Shown: positions 22,809 through 35,712, counted from the first letter of the stretch. The stretch is DNA of 64,000 nucleotides from Balanoglossus misakiensis (GCA_040954595.2 CM082577.2:6907846-6971845); one strand, 5' to 3'. Numbers and translations: made by a program. Notes: generated from the sequence alone by a model not told the origin.

Positions 22809-25800
22809 TTTCGACTTTGTGAAAGTTAAAAATTTCTTCATTTTTTGAAAAAAATCATGGGTTATAGCTCATGAAAATCATTCAAAAATGACAATTTTTC
22901 GACTTTGCGAGATATCAAAATTTCTTCATTTTTTTGAAAAAACCATGGGTTATAGCCCATGAAAATCATCCGAAAATGACAATTTTTTTACTTTGCGAGA
23001 TATCAAAATTTCTTCATTTTTTTGAAAAAAACATGGGTTATAGCCCATGAAAATCATCCGAAAATGACAATTTTTAGACTTTGCGAATTTTCAAAATTTC
23101 TTCATTTTTTGAAAAAAATCATGGGTTATAGCTCATGAAAATCATCTAAAAATGACAATTTTTCGACTTTGCGAAAGTTCAAAATTTCTTCGATTTTTGA
23201 AAATAATCATGGGTTATAGCTCATGAAAATCATCCAAAAATGACAATTTTTCGACTTTGCGAAAGTTCAAAATTTCTTCATTTTTTGAAAAAAATCATGG
23301 GTTATAGCTCATGAAAATCATTCAAAAATGACAATTTTTCGACTTTGCGAGATATCAAAATTTCTTCATTTTTTTGAAAAAACCATGGGTTATAGCCCAT
23401 GAAAATCATCCGAAAATGACAATTTTTCGACTTTGCGAGATATCAAAATTTCTTCATTTTTTTGAAAAAACCATGGGTTATAGCCCATGAAAATCATCCG
23501 AAAATGACAATTTTTCGACTTTGCGAGATATCAAAATTTCTTCATTTTTTTGAAAAAAACATGGGTTATAGCTCATGAAAATCATTCAAAAATGACAATT
23601 TTTCGACTTTGCGAGATATCAAAATTTCTTCATTTTTTTGAAAAAACCATGGGTTATAGCCCATGAAAATCATCCGAAAATGACAATTTTTCGACTTTGC
23701 GAGATATCAAAATTTCTTCATTTTTTTGAAAAAGCCATGGGTTATAGCCCATGAAAATCATCCGAAAATGACAATTTTTCGACTCTGCGAAAGTTCAAAA
23801 TTTCTTCATTTTTTGAAAAAAATCATGGGTTATAGCTCATGAAAATCATCCAAAAATGACGATTTTTCGACTTTGCGAATTTTCAAAATTTCTTCATTTT
23901 TTGAAAAAAATCATGGGTTATAGCTCATGAAAATCATCCCAATATGACAATTTTTCGACTTTACGAATTTTCAAAATTTCTTCATTTTTTGAAAAAAATC
24001 ATGGGTTTATAGCTCATGAAAATCATCCAAAAATGACAATTTTTCGACTTTGCGAAAGTTCAAAATTTCTTCATTTTTTGAAAAAAATCATGGGTTATAG
24101 CTCATGAAAATTATCCAAAAATGACAATTTTTCGACTTCGCGAATTTTCAAATTTTTTTCGAATTTTGAAAATAATCATGGGTTATAGCTCATGAAAATC
24201 ATCCAAAAATGACAATTTTTCGACTTTGCGAAATCTCAAAATTTCGTCGATTTTTGAAAAAAATCATGGGTTATAGCTCATGAAAATCATCCAAAAATGA
24301 CAATTTTTCGACTTTGCGAATTTTCAAAATTTCTTCATTTTTTGAAAAAAATCATGGGTTATAGCTCATGAAAATCATCCAAAAATGACAATTTTTCGAC
24401 TTTGCGAAATCTCAAAATTTCGTCGATTTTTGAAAAAAATCATGGGTTATAGCTCATGAAAATCATCCAAAAATGACAATTTTTCGACTTTGCGAATTTT
24501 CAAAATTTCTTCATTTTTTGAAAAAAATCATAGGTTATAGCTCATGAAAATCATCCAAAAATGACAATTTTTCGACTTTGCGAAATCTCAAAATTTCGTC
24601 GATTTTTGAAAAAAATCATGGGTTATAGCTCATGAAAATCATCCAAAAATGGCAATTTTACGACTATGCGAAAGTTCAAAATTTCTTCATTTTTTGAAAA
24701 AAATCATGGGTTATAGCTCATGAAAATCATCCAAAAATGACAATTTTTCGACTTTGCGAAATCTCAAAATTTCGTCGATTTTTGAAAAAAATCATGGGTT
24801 ATAGCTCATGAAAATCATCCAAAAATGACAATTTTTCGACTTTGCGAATTTTCAAAATTTCTTCATTTTTTGAAAAAAATCATGGGTTATAGCTCATGAA
24901 AATCATCCAAAAATGACAATTTTTCGACTTTGCGAAAGTTCAAAATTTCTTCATTTTTTGAAAAAAATCATGGGTTATAGCTCATGAAAATCATCCAAAA
25001 ATGACAATTTTTCGACTTTGCGAAATCTCAAAATTTCGTCGATTTTTGAAAAAAATCATGGGTTATAGCTCATGAAAATCATCCAAAAATGGCAATTTTA
25101 CGACTATGCGAAAGTTCAAAATTTCTTCATTTTTTGAAAAAAATCATGGGTTATAGCTCATGAAAATCATCCAAAAATGACAATTTTTCGACTTTGCGAA
25201 AGTTCAAAATTTCTTCATTTTTTGAAAAAATTCATGGGTTATAGCTCATGAAAATCATCCAAAAATGACAATTTTTCGACTTTGCGAAATCTCAAAATTT
25301 CGTCGATTTTTGAAAAAAATCATGGGTTATAGCTCATGAAAATCATCCAAAAATGGCAATTTTACGACTTTGCGAAAGTTCAAAATTTCTTCATTTTTTG
25401 AAAAAAATCATGGGTTATAGCTCATGAAAATCATCCAAAAATGACAATTTTTCGACTTTGCGAAAGTTCAAAATTTCTTCGATTTTTGAAAATAATCATG
25501 GGTTATAGCTCATGAAAATCATCCAAAAATGACAATTTTTCGACTTTGCAAAAGTTCAAAATTTTTTCATTTTTTGAAAAAAATCATGGGTTATAGCTCA
25601 TGAAAATCATTCAAAAATGACAATTTTTCGACTTTGCGAGATATCAAAATTTCTTCATTTTTTTGAAAAAACCATGGGTTATAGCCCATGAAAATCATCC
25701 GAAAATGACAATTTTTCGACTTTGCGAGATATCAAAATTTCTTCATTTTTTTTAAAAAACCATGGGTTATAGCCCATGAAAATCATCCGAAAATGACAAT

Positions 25801-28800
25801 TTTTCGACTTCGCGAGATATCAAAATTTCTTCATTTTTTTGAAAAAACCATGGGTTATAGCCCATGAAAATCATCCGAAAATGACAATTTTTCGACTTCG
25901 CGAGATATCAAAATTTCTTCATTTTTTTGAAAAAACCATGGGTTATAGCCCATGGAAATCATCCGAAAATGACAATTTTTCGACTTCGCGAGATATCAAA
26001 ATTTCTTCATTTTTTTGAAAAAACCATGGGTTATAGCCCATGGAAATCATCCGAAAATGACAATTTTTCGACTTCGCGAGATATCAAAATTTCTTCATTT
26101 TTTTGAAAAAACCATGGGTTATAGCCCATGGAAATCATCCGAAAATGACAATTTTTCGACTTTGCGAGATATCAAAATTTCTTCATTTTTTTGAAAAAAC
26201 CATGGGTTATAGCCCATGAAAATCATCCGAAAATGACAATTTTTCGACTTTGCGAGATATCAAAATTTCTTCATTTTTTTGAAAAAACCATGGGTTATAG
26301 CCCATGAAAATCATCCGAAAATGACAATTTTTCGACTTTGCGAGATATCAAAATTTCTTCATTTTTTTGAAAAAACCATGGGTTATAGCCCATGAAAATC
26401 ATCCGAAAATGACAATTTTTCGACTTTGCGAGATATCCAAATTTCTTCATTTTTTTGAAAAAACCATGGGTTATAGCCCATGAAAATCATCCGAAAATGA
26501 CAATTTTTTTACTTTGCGAGATATCAAAATTTCTTCATTTTTTTTGAAAAAACCATGGGTTATAGCCCATGAAAATCATCCGAAAATGACAATTTTTCGA
26601 CTCTGCGAAAGTTCAAAATTTCTTCATTTTTTGAAAAAAATCATGGGTTATAGCTCATGAAAATCATCCAAAAATGACGATTTTTCGACTTTGCGAATTT
26701 TCAAAATTTCTTCATTTTTTGAAAAAAATCATGGGTTATAGCTCATGAAAATCATCCCAATATGACAATTTTTCGACTTTACGAATTTTCAAAATTTCTT
26801 CATTTTTTGAAAAAAATCATGGGTTTATAGCTCATGAAAATCATCCAAAAATGACAATTTTTCGACTTTGCGAAAGTTCAAAATTTCTTCATTTTTTGAA
26901 AAAAATCATGGGTTATAGCTCATGAAAATTATCCAAAAATGACAATTTTTCGACTTCGCGAATTTTCAAATTTTTTTCGAATTTTGAAAATAATCATGGG
27001 TTATAGCTCATGAAAATCATCCAAAAATGACAATTTTTCGACTTTGCGAAATCTCAAAATTTCGTCGATTTTTGAAAAAAATCATGGGTTATAGCTCATG
27101 AAAATCATCCAAAAATGACAATTTTTCGACTTTGCGAATTTTCAAAATTTCTTCATTTTTTGAAAAAAATCATGGGTTATAGCTCATGAAAATCATCCAA
27201 AAATGACAATTTTTCGACTTTGCGAAATCTCAAAATTTCGTCGATTTTTGAAAAAAATCATGGGTTATAGCTCATGAAAATCATCCAAAAATGGCAATTT
27301 TACGACTATGCGAAAGTTCAAAATTTCTTCATTTTTTGAAAAAAATCATGGGTTATAGCTCATGAAAATCATCCAAAAATGACAATTTTTCGACTTTGCG
27401 AAATCTCAAAATTTCGTCGATTTTTGAAAAAAATCATGGGTTATAGCTCATGAAAATCATCCAAAAATGACAATTTTTCGACTTTGCGAATTTTCAAAAT
27501 TTCTTCATTTTTTGAAAAAAATCATGGGTTATAGCTCATGAAAATCATCCAAAAATGACAATTTTTCGACTTTGCGAAATCTCAAAATTTCGTCGATTTT
27601 TGAAAAAAATCATGGGTTATAGCTCATGAAAATCATCCAAAAATGGCAATTTTACGACTATGCGAAAGTTCAAAATTTCTTCATTTTTTGAAAAAAATCA
27701 TGGGTTATAGCTCATGAAAATCATCCAAAAATGACAATTTTTCGACTTTGCGAAAGTTCAAAATTTCTTCATTTTTTGAAAAAATTCATGGGTTATAGCT
27801 CATGAAAATCATCCAAAAATGACAATTTTTCGACTTTGCGAAATCTCAAAATTTCGTCGATTTTTGAAAAAAATCATGGGTTATAGCTCATGAAAATCAT
27901 CCAAAAATGGCAATTTTACGACTTTGCGAAAGTTCAAAATTTCTTCATTTTTTGAAAAAAATCATGGGTTATAGCTCATGAAAATCATCCAAAAATGACA
28001 ATTTTTCGACTTTGCGAAAGTTCAAAATTTCTTCGATTTTTGAAAATAATCATGGGTTATAGCTCATGAAAATCATCCAAAAATGACAATTTTTCGACTT
28101 TGCAAAAGTTCAAAATTTTTTCATTTTTTGAAAAAAATCATGGGTTATAGCTCATGAAAATCATTCAAAAATGACAATTTTTCGACTTTGCGAGATATCA
28201 AAATTTCTTCATTTTTTTGAAAAAACCATGGGTTATAGCCCATGAAAATCATCCGAAAATGACAATTTTTCGACTTTGCGAGATATCAAAATTTCTTCAT
28301 TTTTTTTAAAAAACCATGGGTTATAGCCCATGAAAATCATCCGAAAATGACAATTTTTCGACTTCGCGAGATATCAAAATTTCTTCATTTTTTTGAAAAA
28401 ACCATGGGTTATAGCCCATGAAAATCATCCGAAAATGACAATTTTTCGACTTCGCGAGATATCAAAATTTCTTCATTTTTTTGAAAAAACCATGGGTTAT
28501 AGCCCATGGAAATCATCCGAAAATGACAATTTTTCGACTTCGCGAGATATCAAAATTTCTTCATTTTTTTGAAAAAACCATGGGTTATAGCCCATGGAAA
28601 TCATCCGAAAATGACAATTTTTCGACTTCGCGAGATATCAAAATTTCTTCATTTTTTTGAAAAAACCATGGGTTATAGCCCATGGAAATCATCCGAAAAT
28701 GACAATTTTTCGACTTTGCGAGATATCAAAATTTCTTCATTTTTTTGAAAAAACCATGGGTTATAGCCCATGAAAATCATCCGAAAATGACAATTTTTCG

Positions 28801-31800
28801 ACTTTGCGAGATATCAAAATTTCTTCATTTTTTTGAAAAAACCATGGGTTATAGCCCATGAAAATCATCCGAAAATGACAATTTTTCGACTTTGCGAGAT
28901 ATCAAAATTTCTTCATTTTTTTGAAAAAACCATGGGTTATAGCCCATGAAAATCATCCGAAAATGACAATTTTTCGACTTTGCGAGATATCCAAATTTCT
29001 TCATTTTTTTGAAAAAACCATGGGTTATAGCCCATGAAAATCATCCGAAAATGACAATTTTTTTACTTTGCGAGATATCAAAATTTCTTCATTTTTTTGA
29101 AAAAAAACATGGGTTATAGCCCATGAAAATCATCCGAAAATGACAATTTTTCGACTTTGCGAAAGTTCAAAATTTCTTTGATTTTTGAAAATAATCATGG
29201 GTTATAGCTCATGAAAATCATCCAAAAATGACAATTTTTCGACTTTGCGAAAGTTCAAAATTTCTTCGATTTTTGAAAAAAATCATGGGTTATAGCTCAT
29301 GAAAATCATTCAAAAATGACAATTTTTCGACTTTGCGAGATATCAAAATTTCTTCATTTTTTTTAAAAAACCATGGGTTATAGCCCATGAAAATCATCCG
29401 AAAATGACAATTTTTCGACTTTGCGAGATATCAAAATTTCTTCATTTTTTTGAAAAAACCATGGGTTATAGCCCATGAAAATCATCCGAAAATGACAATT
29501 TTTCGACTTTGCGAGATATCAAAATTTCTTCATTTTTTTGAAAAAACCATGGGTTATAGCCCATGAAAATCATCCGAAAATGACAATTTTTCGACTTTGC
29601 GAGATATCAAAATTTCTTCATTTTTTTGAAAAAACCATGGGTTATAGCCCATGAAAATCATCCGAAAATGACAATTTTTCGACTTTACGAATTTTCAAAA
29701 TTTCTTCATTTTTTGAAAAAAATCATGGGTTATAGCTCATGAAAATCATCCAAAAATGACAATTTTTCGACTTTGCGAATTTTCAAAATTTCTTCGATTT
29801 TTGAAAATAATCATGGATTATAGCTCATGAAAATTATCCAAAAATGACAATTTTTCGACTTCGCGAATTTTCAAAATTTTTTCGATTTTTGAAAATAATC
29901 ATGGGTTATAGCTCATGAAAATCATCCAAAAATGACAATTTTTCGACTTTGCGAAATCTCAAAATTTCGTCGATTTTTGAAAAAAATCATGGGTTATAGC
30001 TCATGAAAATCATCCAAAAATGACAATTTTTCGACTTTGCGATTTTTCAAAATGTCTTCATTTTTTGAAAAAAATCATGGGTTATAACTCATGAAAATCA
30101 TCCTAAATGACAATTTTTCGACTTTGCGAAATCTCAAAATTTCGTCGATTTTTGAAAAAAATCATGGGTTATAGCTCATGAAAATCATCCAAAAATGACA
30201 ATTTTTCGACTTTGCGAAAGTTCAAAATTTCTTCGATTTTTGAAAATAATCATGGATTATAGCTCATGAAAATTATCCAAAAATGACAATTTTTCGACTT
30301 CGCGAATTTTCAAAATTTTTTCGATTTTTGAAAATAATCATGGGTTATAGCTCATGAAAATCATCCAAAAATGACAATTTTTCGACTTTGCGAAATCTCA
30401 AAATTTCGTCGATTTTTGAAAAAAATCATGGGTTATAGCTCATGAAAATCATCCAAAAATGACAATTTTTCGACTTTGCGAATTTTCAAAATTTCTTCAT
30501 TTTTTGAAAAAAATCATGGGTTATAACTCATGAAAATCATCCTAAATGACAATTTTTCGACTTTGCGAAATCTCAAAATTTCGTCGATTTTTGAAAAAAA
30601 TCATGGGTTATAGCTCATGAAAATCATCCAAAAATGACAATTTTTCGACTTTGCGAAAGTTCAAAATTTCTTCGATTTTTGAAAAAAATCATGGGTTATA
30701 GCTCATGAAAATCATTCAAAAATGACAATTTTTCGACTTTGCGAGATATCAAAATTTCTTCATTTTTTTGAAAAAACCATGGGTTATAGCCCATGAAAAT
30801 CATCCGAAAATGACAATTTTTCGACTTTGCGAGATATCAAAATTTCTTCATTTTTTTGAAAAAACCATGGGTTATAGCCCATGAAAATCATCCGAAAATG
30901 ACAATTTTTCGACTTTGCGAGATATCAAAATTTCTTCATTTTTTTGAAAAAACCATGGGTTATAGCCCATGAAAATCATCCGAAAATGACAATTTTTCGA
31001 CTTTGCGAGATATCAAAATTTCTTCATTTTTTTGAAAAAACCATGGGTTATAGCCCATGAAAATCATCCGAATATGACAATTTTTCGACTTTACGAATTT
31101 TCAAAATTTCTTCATTTTTTGAAAAAAATCATGGGTTATAGCTCATGAAAATCATCCAAAAATGACAATTTTTCGACTTTGCGAATTTTCAAAATTTCTT
31201 CGATTTTTGAAAATAATCATGGATTATAGCTCATGAAAATTATCCAAAAATGACAATTTTTCGACTTCGCGAATTTTCAAAATTTTTTCGATTTTTGAAA
31301 ATAATCATGGGTTATAGCTCATGAAAATCATCCAAAAATGACAATTTTTCGACTTTGCGAAATCTCAAAATTTCGTCGATTTTTGAAAAAAATCATGGGT
31401 TATAGCTCATGAAAATCATCCAAAAATGACAATTTTTCGACTTTGCGAATTTTCAAAATTTCTTCATTTTTTGAAAAAAATCATGGGTTATAACTCATGA
31501 AAATCATCCTAAATGACAATTTTTCGACTTTGCGAAATCTCAAAATTTCGTCGATTTTTGAAAAAAATCATGGGTTATAGCTCATGAAAATCATCCAAAA
31601 ATGACAATTTTTCGACTTTGCGAATTTTCAAAATTTCTTCATTTTTTGAAAAAAATCATGGGTTATAGCTCATGAAAATCATCCAAAAATGACAATTTTT
31701 CGACTTTGCGAAAGTTCAAAATTTCTTCATTTTTTGAAAAAAATCATGGGTTATAGCTCATGAAAATCATCCAAAAATGACAATTTTTCGACTTTGCGAA

Positions 31801-32275
31801 ATCTCAAAATTTCGTCGATTTTTGAAAAAAATCATGGGTTATAGCTCATGAAAATCATCCAAAAATGGCAATTTTACGACTTTGCGAAAGTTCAAAATTT
31901 CTTCATTTTTTGAAAAAAATCATGGGTTATAGCTCATGAAAATCATCCAAAAATGACAATTTTTCGACTTTGCGAAAGTTCAAAATTTCTTCATTTTTTG
32001 AAAAAAATCATGGGTTATAGCTCATGAAAATCATCCAAAAATGACAATTTTTCGACTTTGCGAAATCTCAAACTTTCGTCGATTTTTGAAAAAAATCATG
32101 GGTTATAGCTCATGAAAATCATCCAAAAATGGCAATTTTACGACTTTGCGAAAGTTCAAAATTTCTTCATTTTTTGAAAAAAATCATGGGTTATAGCTCA
32201 TGAAAATCATCCAAAAATGACAATTTTTCGACTTTGCGAAGTTTCAAATTTCTTCATTTAAAAATAAAAATCATG
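22809..32275 (+). repeat. Satellite DNA array, 88-bp monomer, ~107 copies, with higher-order structure
   Basis: Consensus CATGGGTTATAGCTCATGAAAATCATCCAAAAATGACAATTTTTCGACTTTGCGAAAGTTCAAAATTTCTTCATTTTTTGAAAAAAAT; first CATGGG at 22856, last at 32185 (9329 bp = 106 x 88); no ORFs in the track. Confidence 0.98.
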
Positions 32276-32393
32276 TATGTATGTATGTATGTATGTATGT
32301 ATGTATGTATGTATGTATGTATGTATGTATGTATGTATGTATGTATGTATGTATGTATGTATGTATGTATGTATGTATGTATGTATGTATGTA
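32273..32393 (+). repeat. (ATGT)n microsatellite, ~30 units
   Basis: Perfect tetranucleotide run growing out of the terminal CATG of the last monomer. Confidence 0.98.
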
Positions 32394-33865
32394 CTCTCAA
32401 TGGTCTTGACAATCAAGCAAACATATTCCCCTGTGTGTAAAGTGATCAACCTGTTACTAAATGGAAACATAATCCCAGCATTTAATACAACACGAACCTT
32501 GAAAATGAAACTTCACGATTTTACCCAAGGGACCTTTAAAATGTTGATTCTGTTTAACATTAAACATCCTCGGTGATGAGAGTCGACTGAATCCTTAAAA
32601 TTTTCAGGTACTCGCGTTTCAATTTTTAAATTGTCATCGTTCAAGGAGTTGGAAATTCGAACTGTTGATGGATAATTATACTCTCCTGGGTGATCAAAAT
32701 GCCCCATCACACTCTTGCGTAACACAAGAACAGAAAAGTTGGATAGACTTTAATATGTTTCAGAGTGTGCCCTGAAGGCGTGATCTTTTTCAAAAGGGAA
32801 GATTTTAGAGAGCATGTAATATTAACAAAAATTCAGCAGGGTTAATAAAATATTTTAAAAAGTTGCACCCACTGAGAGGTTTTCAAAGGTCGCCAGTGCA
32901 CCGGTTGATTTACGTCCAAACTGGAGTTTACACTCTGACCAGGCGCCATCAATCCATCGGTTTTACAACAGTGCTTCCTCTGATATTTTTAACGTTTTGA
33001 TGCATTTATGGTGCATGTATTTGCATGCAAATCGTGCAAACGGCAATAAATCACTTTCTTCAGACATGGAAGCTGCTATGTGACCCTCCTGCAAATTAAC
33101 AGAATGGTTGAAAAATATTTGGTTGACATTTACTCTTTTCGTCCTGGGCTGATGTCGGTACCTTCTCTGAGGAAAAGATTTTTGTCAGTAATATTAAATG
33201 TGTAAATTTGCATGTTATCACAGAAAACACCTGTTCTCGAGCTCCCCCTCTCCCCTCGGTTCATTTCTTATCCAAATACAGTAAAAATCCATAAGTGAAG
33301 GCACATTCACATGTAACTACACCCTGTCTTTATCTACCCTACAGCAGATCAATTCAGTTTCCGACGAACACATAAGCACATTACCAATAACATATGCCTG
33401 CTTTGAAAGAACATATGGACTTCAGGGATTTGAGAGGCCAGGGACGCTCCAAAAATGTTTACTAGATTATCGAAAGTTCATTAAACTACCATTCCGGATG
33501 CGTTTTGACATTTAACAAAAATCAGCCAGCGATCGATCACCTCCACCCGGCACAGTACTGACTTAGGCTAAATGCCAATGTTAATTTTACATCTGTAAAT
33601 TTTGAGGGTACTACCAGTGTAAACATGAAAGTGACATTTTCAGAGCCCACGCGCAACCTTGGCAGTAACCTTTTCATGTGGGCGGGAAATTGGATACCAG
33701 ATCGTGGTGTCACTTTTACCGAAGAACCCATGAAAAAAACCCATTCCGCTGTCAGGTATAGAGTCATTGAATAAACTTCTGGCCTACTTTTATGTGGTAA
33801 TGGCCCTTCGGAGCGACTGTATCAAATTGTCAGACAGGTTGGTCATTTAAAACAAAGATCAGACC

Positions 33866-33976
33866 AAAGTTTGCAAAGTCAGAAAGTTTTCATTTTCGAT
33901 AGTTTTCAGGAGCTATAACCCATGTAAAATGTCCAAAAATGACAAAACCACCAAAGTTCGCAAAGTCGGAAATTAT
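33866..33976 (-). repeat. Diverged relic (~1.25 units) of the satellite monomer, inverted relative to the array
   Basis: GCAAAGTCAGAAAGTTTTCATTTTCGATAGTTTTCAGGAGCTATAACCCATG...TTCGCAAAGTCGGAAATT; retains GAGCTATAACCCATG and an 87-bp period. Confidence 0.85.
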
Positions 33977-35712
33977 TCAATGTCCTTCGGGGAGTGGGGC
34001 TGCTGGAAGCATTGTTGAAATAGTCATGAAAAAACGGGCGCAGCCTTTAGGCAGAATAAATTTTAATAGAGTGTTTTATAACTTAGACCAGTGGCCACCC
34101 CCCCCCCCCCCCTTCAAATTTGACAGCCAGACTACTACATACCTTTAGAACAGGTTCTATTTTTGAAAGTATTCTTAGCTTGATGGACACTGGCTGGAAT
34201 AAACAAGGATAAAATAAACAAAGATGTAGTCTTTCATTGATGATGGCTGAAAATAATATGCGAGATGTTGAAATATGCTAGACAGGTTATTGTCTGTCTT
34301 TTAGTAATTTTTGACAATGCACCCCAGATATTGTACAGACATATCCTGTATGTATAGTTTAAAAATAGCGCCAGCGGCACTGTTGCTGGCCCTCATTGAT
34401 CTCATCTGGTGCACACTGTTTAGAAGTCTAGTAAACTAGCCAGCTTCAAATAGAATAGATTTATTTTCGGATACTGGTCGAAATTTGATCTTTTTATGTG
34501 CGTTTACAGGTAATATTTGAATATTGCAATTTTTAACTGCCGAGACTGAAGTTTGCTTTTAGTATTCATAGAGATATTCTGGATTCCCATTGCCTTTGAA
34601 AATGTTATTTGTATCCCTGGCAATAGATTGGGCCGATCAAATTCAAGTGGTTATGCCTTATTGTGCATTCACTGGTAGTGGCCATATATGACTTGCAAGT
34701 CTTATTTTTTTTAAATGAATTAAAAATATACGTCACCAGTGTTCGAAATTATAGCCTGTGGTCAGTGGCTTCGTTAGGCAATTTTGGATGAAGTTGATTT
34801 TGATTTCAAAAATACAAAATTCAGCTAAACGTATGGGCCAGATCTGGAGATATATTCTGTCTGACATTCTGTTGAGACTGGATAATGTAAACATAATCAA
34901 ATATATATTGCTATTTTTCCACACAAGCATATGCATGTTCTGTGTAAATCTCATTCGGAACAGGTCCATATGTTGGGATCAACACTACAATATGTCTGTC
35001 TACTACCATCAACCACAGCAAAAGCAAAAATCTTTCTCTCTCATTTTAGGGATTTTTTTTTCTATTTGATAATCCTCCACTCAATTTTCAAAGTTCTGTC
35101 AGTGACAACACTCTCTCTTCTTTCAAATAAAGGAAGTATGTGCTTTGAAAATCAAACTCTTACTTTTTTTCCCTTCATATTTTGTTTAAGGTTATTCTCT
35201 CTTAAATCAGAGAATAAAAATTGTGGGTCACCATGCAATATTTTGTGATTGCCTATATTCTATTGCAGTAGGTGGACATTCCTCATATGAAATTTCACTT
35301 GCCAATAAATAAAATACAATTTCACACACCTCTTCTGCCCCCCCCCCCCAAAAAAAAAAAAAATCATTTTTTTTCCTCACAAGCCTTATGGTAGGCCATT
35401 AGGATAACTATCTGACGACAGGACTTGGGGTAGATCGCCACATGCTCATAAAAACAAATACCATTTTTGACCCGTTTTCTCGGTTGATTTAACTGTGCAA
35501 TCAGATAAATATTTTCTTATGTGAACCTAACACACACATGCAAACAGCTCGATTTTACACAGTTGTCACATTTTAGTCGCTTCTCTGCTATACTTTGGAA
35601 TTATCAATCCCAGCTTTTTATTATTTTTTTCCAACAATGCTTTAAGGTAGTCCGTTTCAACACTCTCCCAAAAGACAGGCAACAATACCACTGCAGACAG
35701 TCAAGATACTTT

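Larger units (their letters stand above)
22528..34060 (+). mobile_element. Possible non-autonomous Helentron/HINE (DINE-1/pearl-like) element hosting the satellite array
   Basis: 5' TTTCATAACT (22528-22537) is a 9/10 inverted match to AGTCATGAAA (34022-34031); partial inner inverted repeat AGTCAT (22607-22612) directly before a GT/GTCT/GTAT microsatellite; core repeats; short 3' hairpin GCCTTTAGGC (34043-34052). Module order fits HINEs, but the matches are short. Confidence 0.3.

Noticed and set aside
22809-32275. CRISPR-like array (palindromic repeat at regular spacing)
   Set aside because: Intervening sequence is itself repeated (no unique spacers), there are no cas genes, and the context is spliceosomal eukaryotic; it is satellite DNA
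32234-32576. MYVC/TYIH repeat ORFs (also 58992-59588 and 22501-22752)
   Set aside because: Translations of microsatellites
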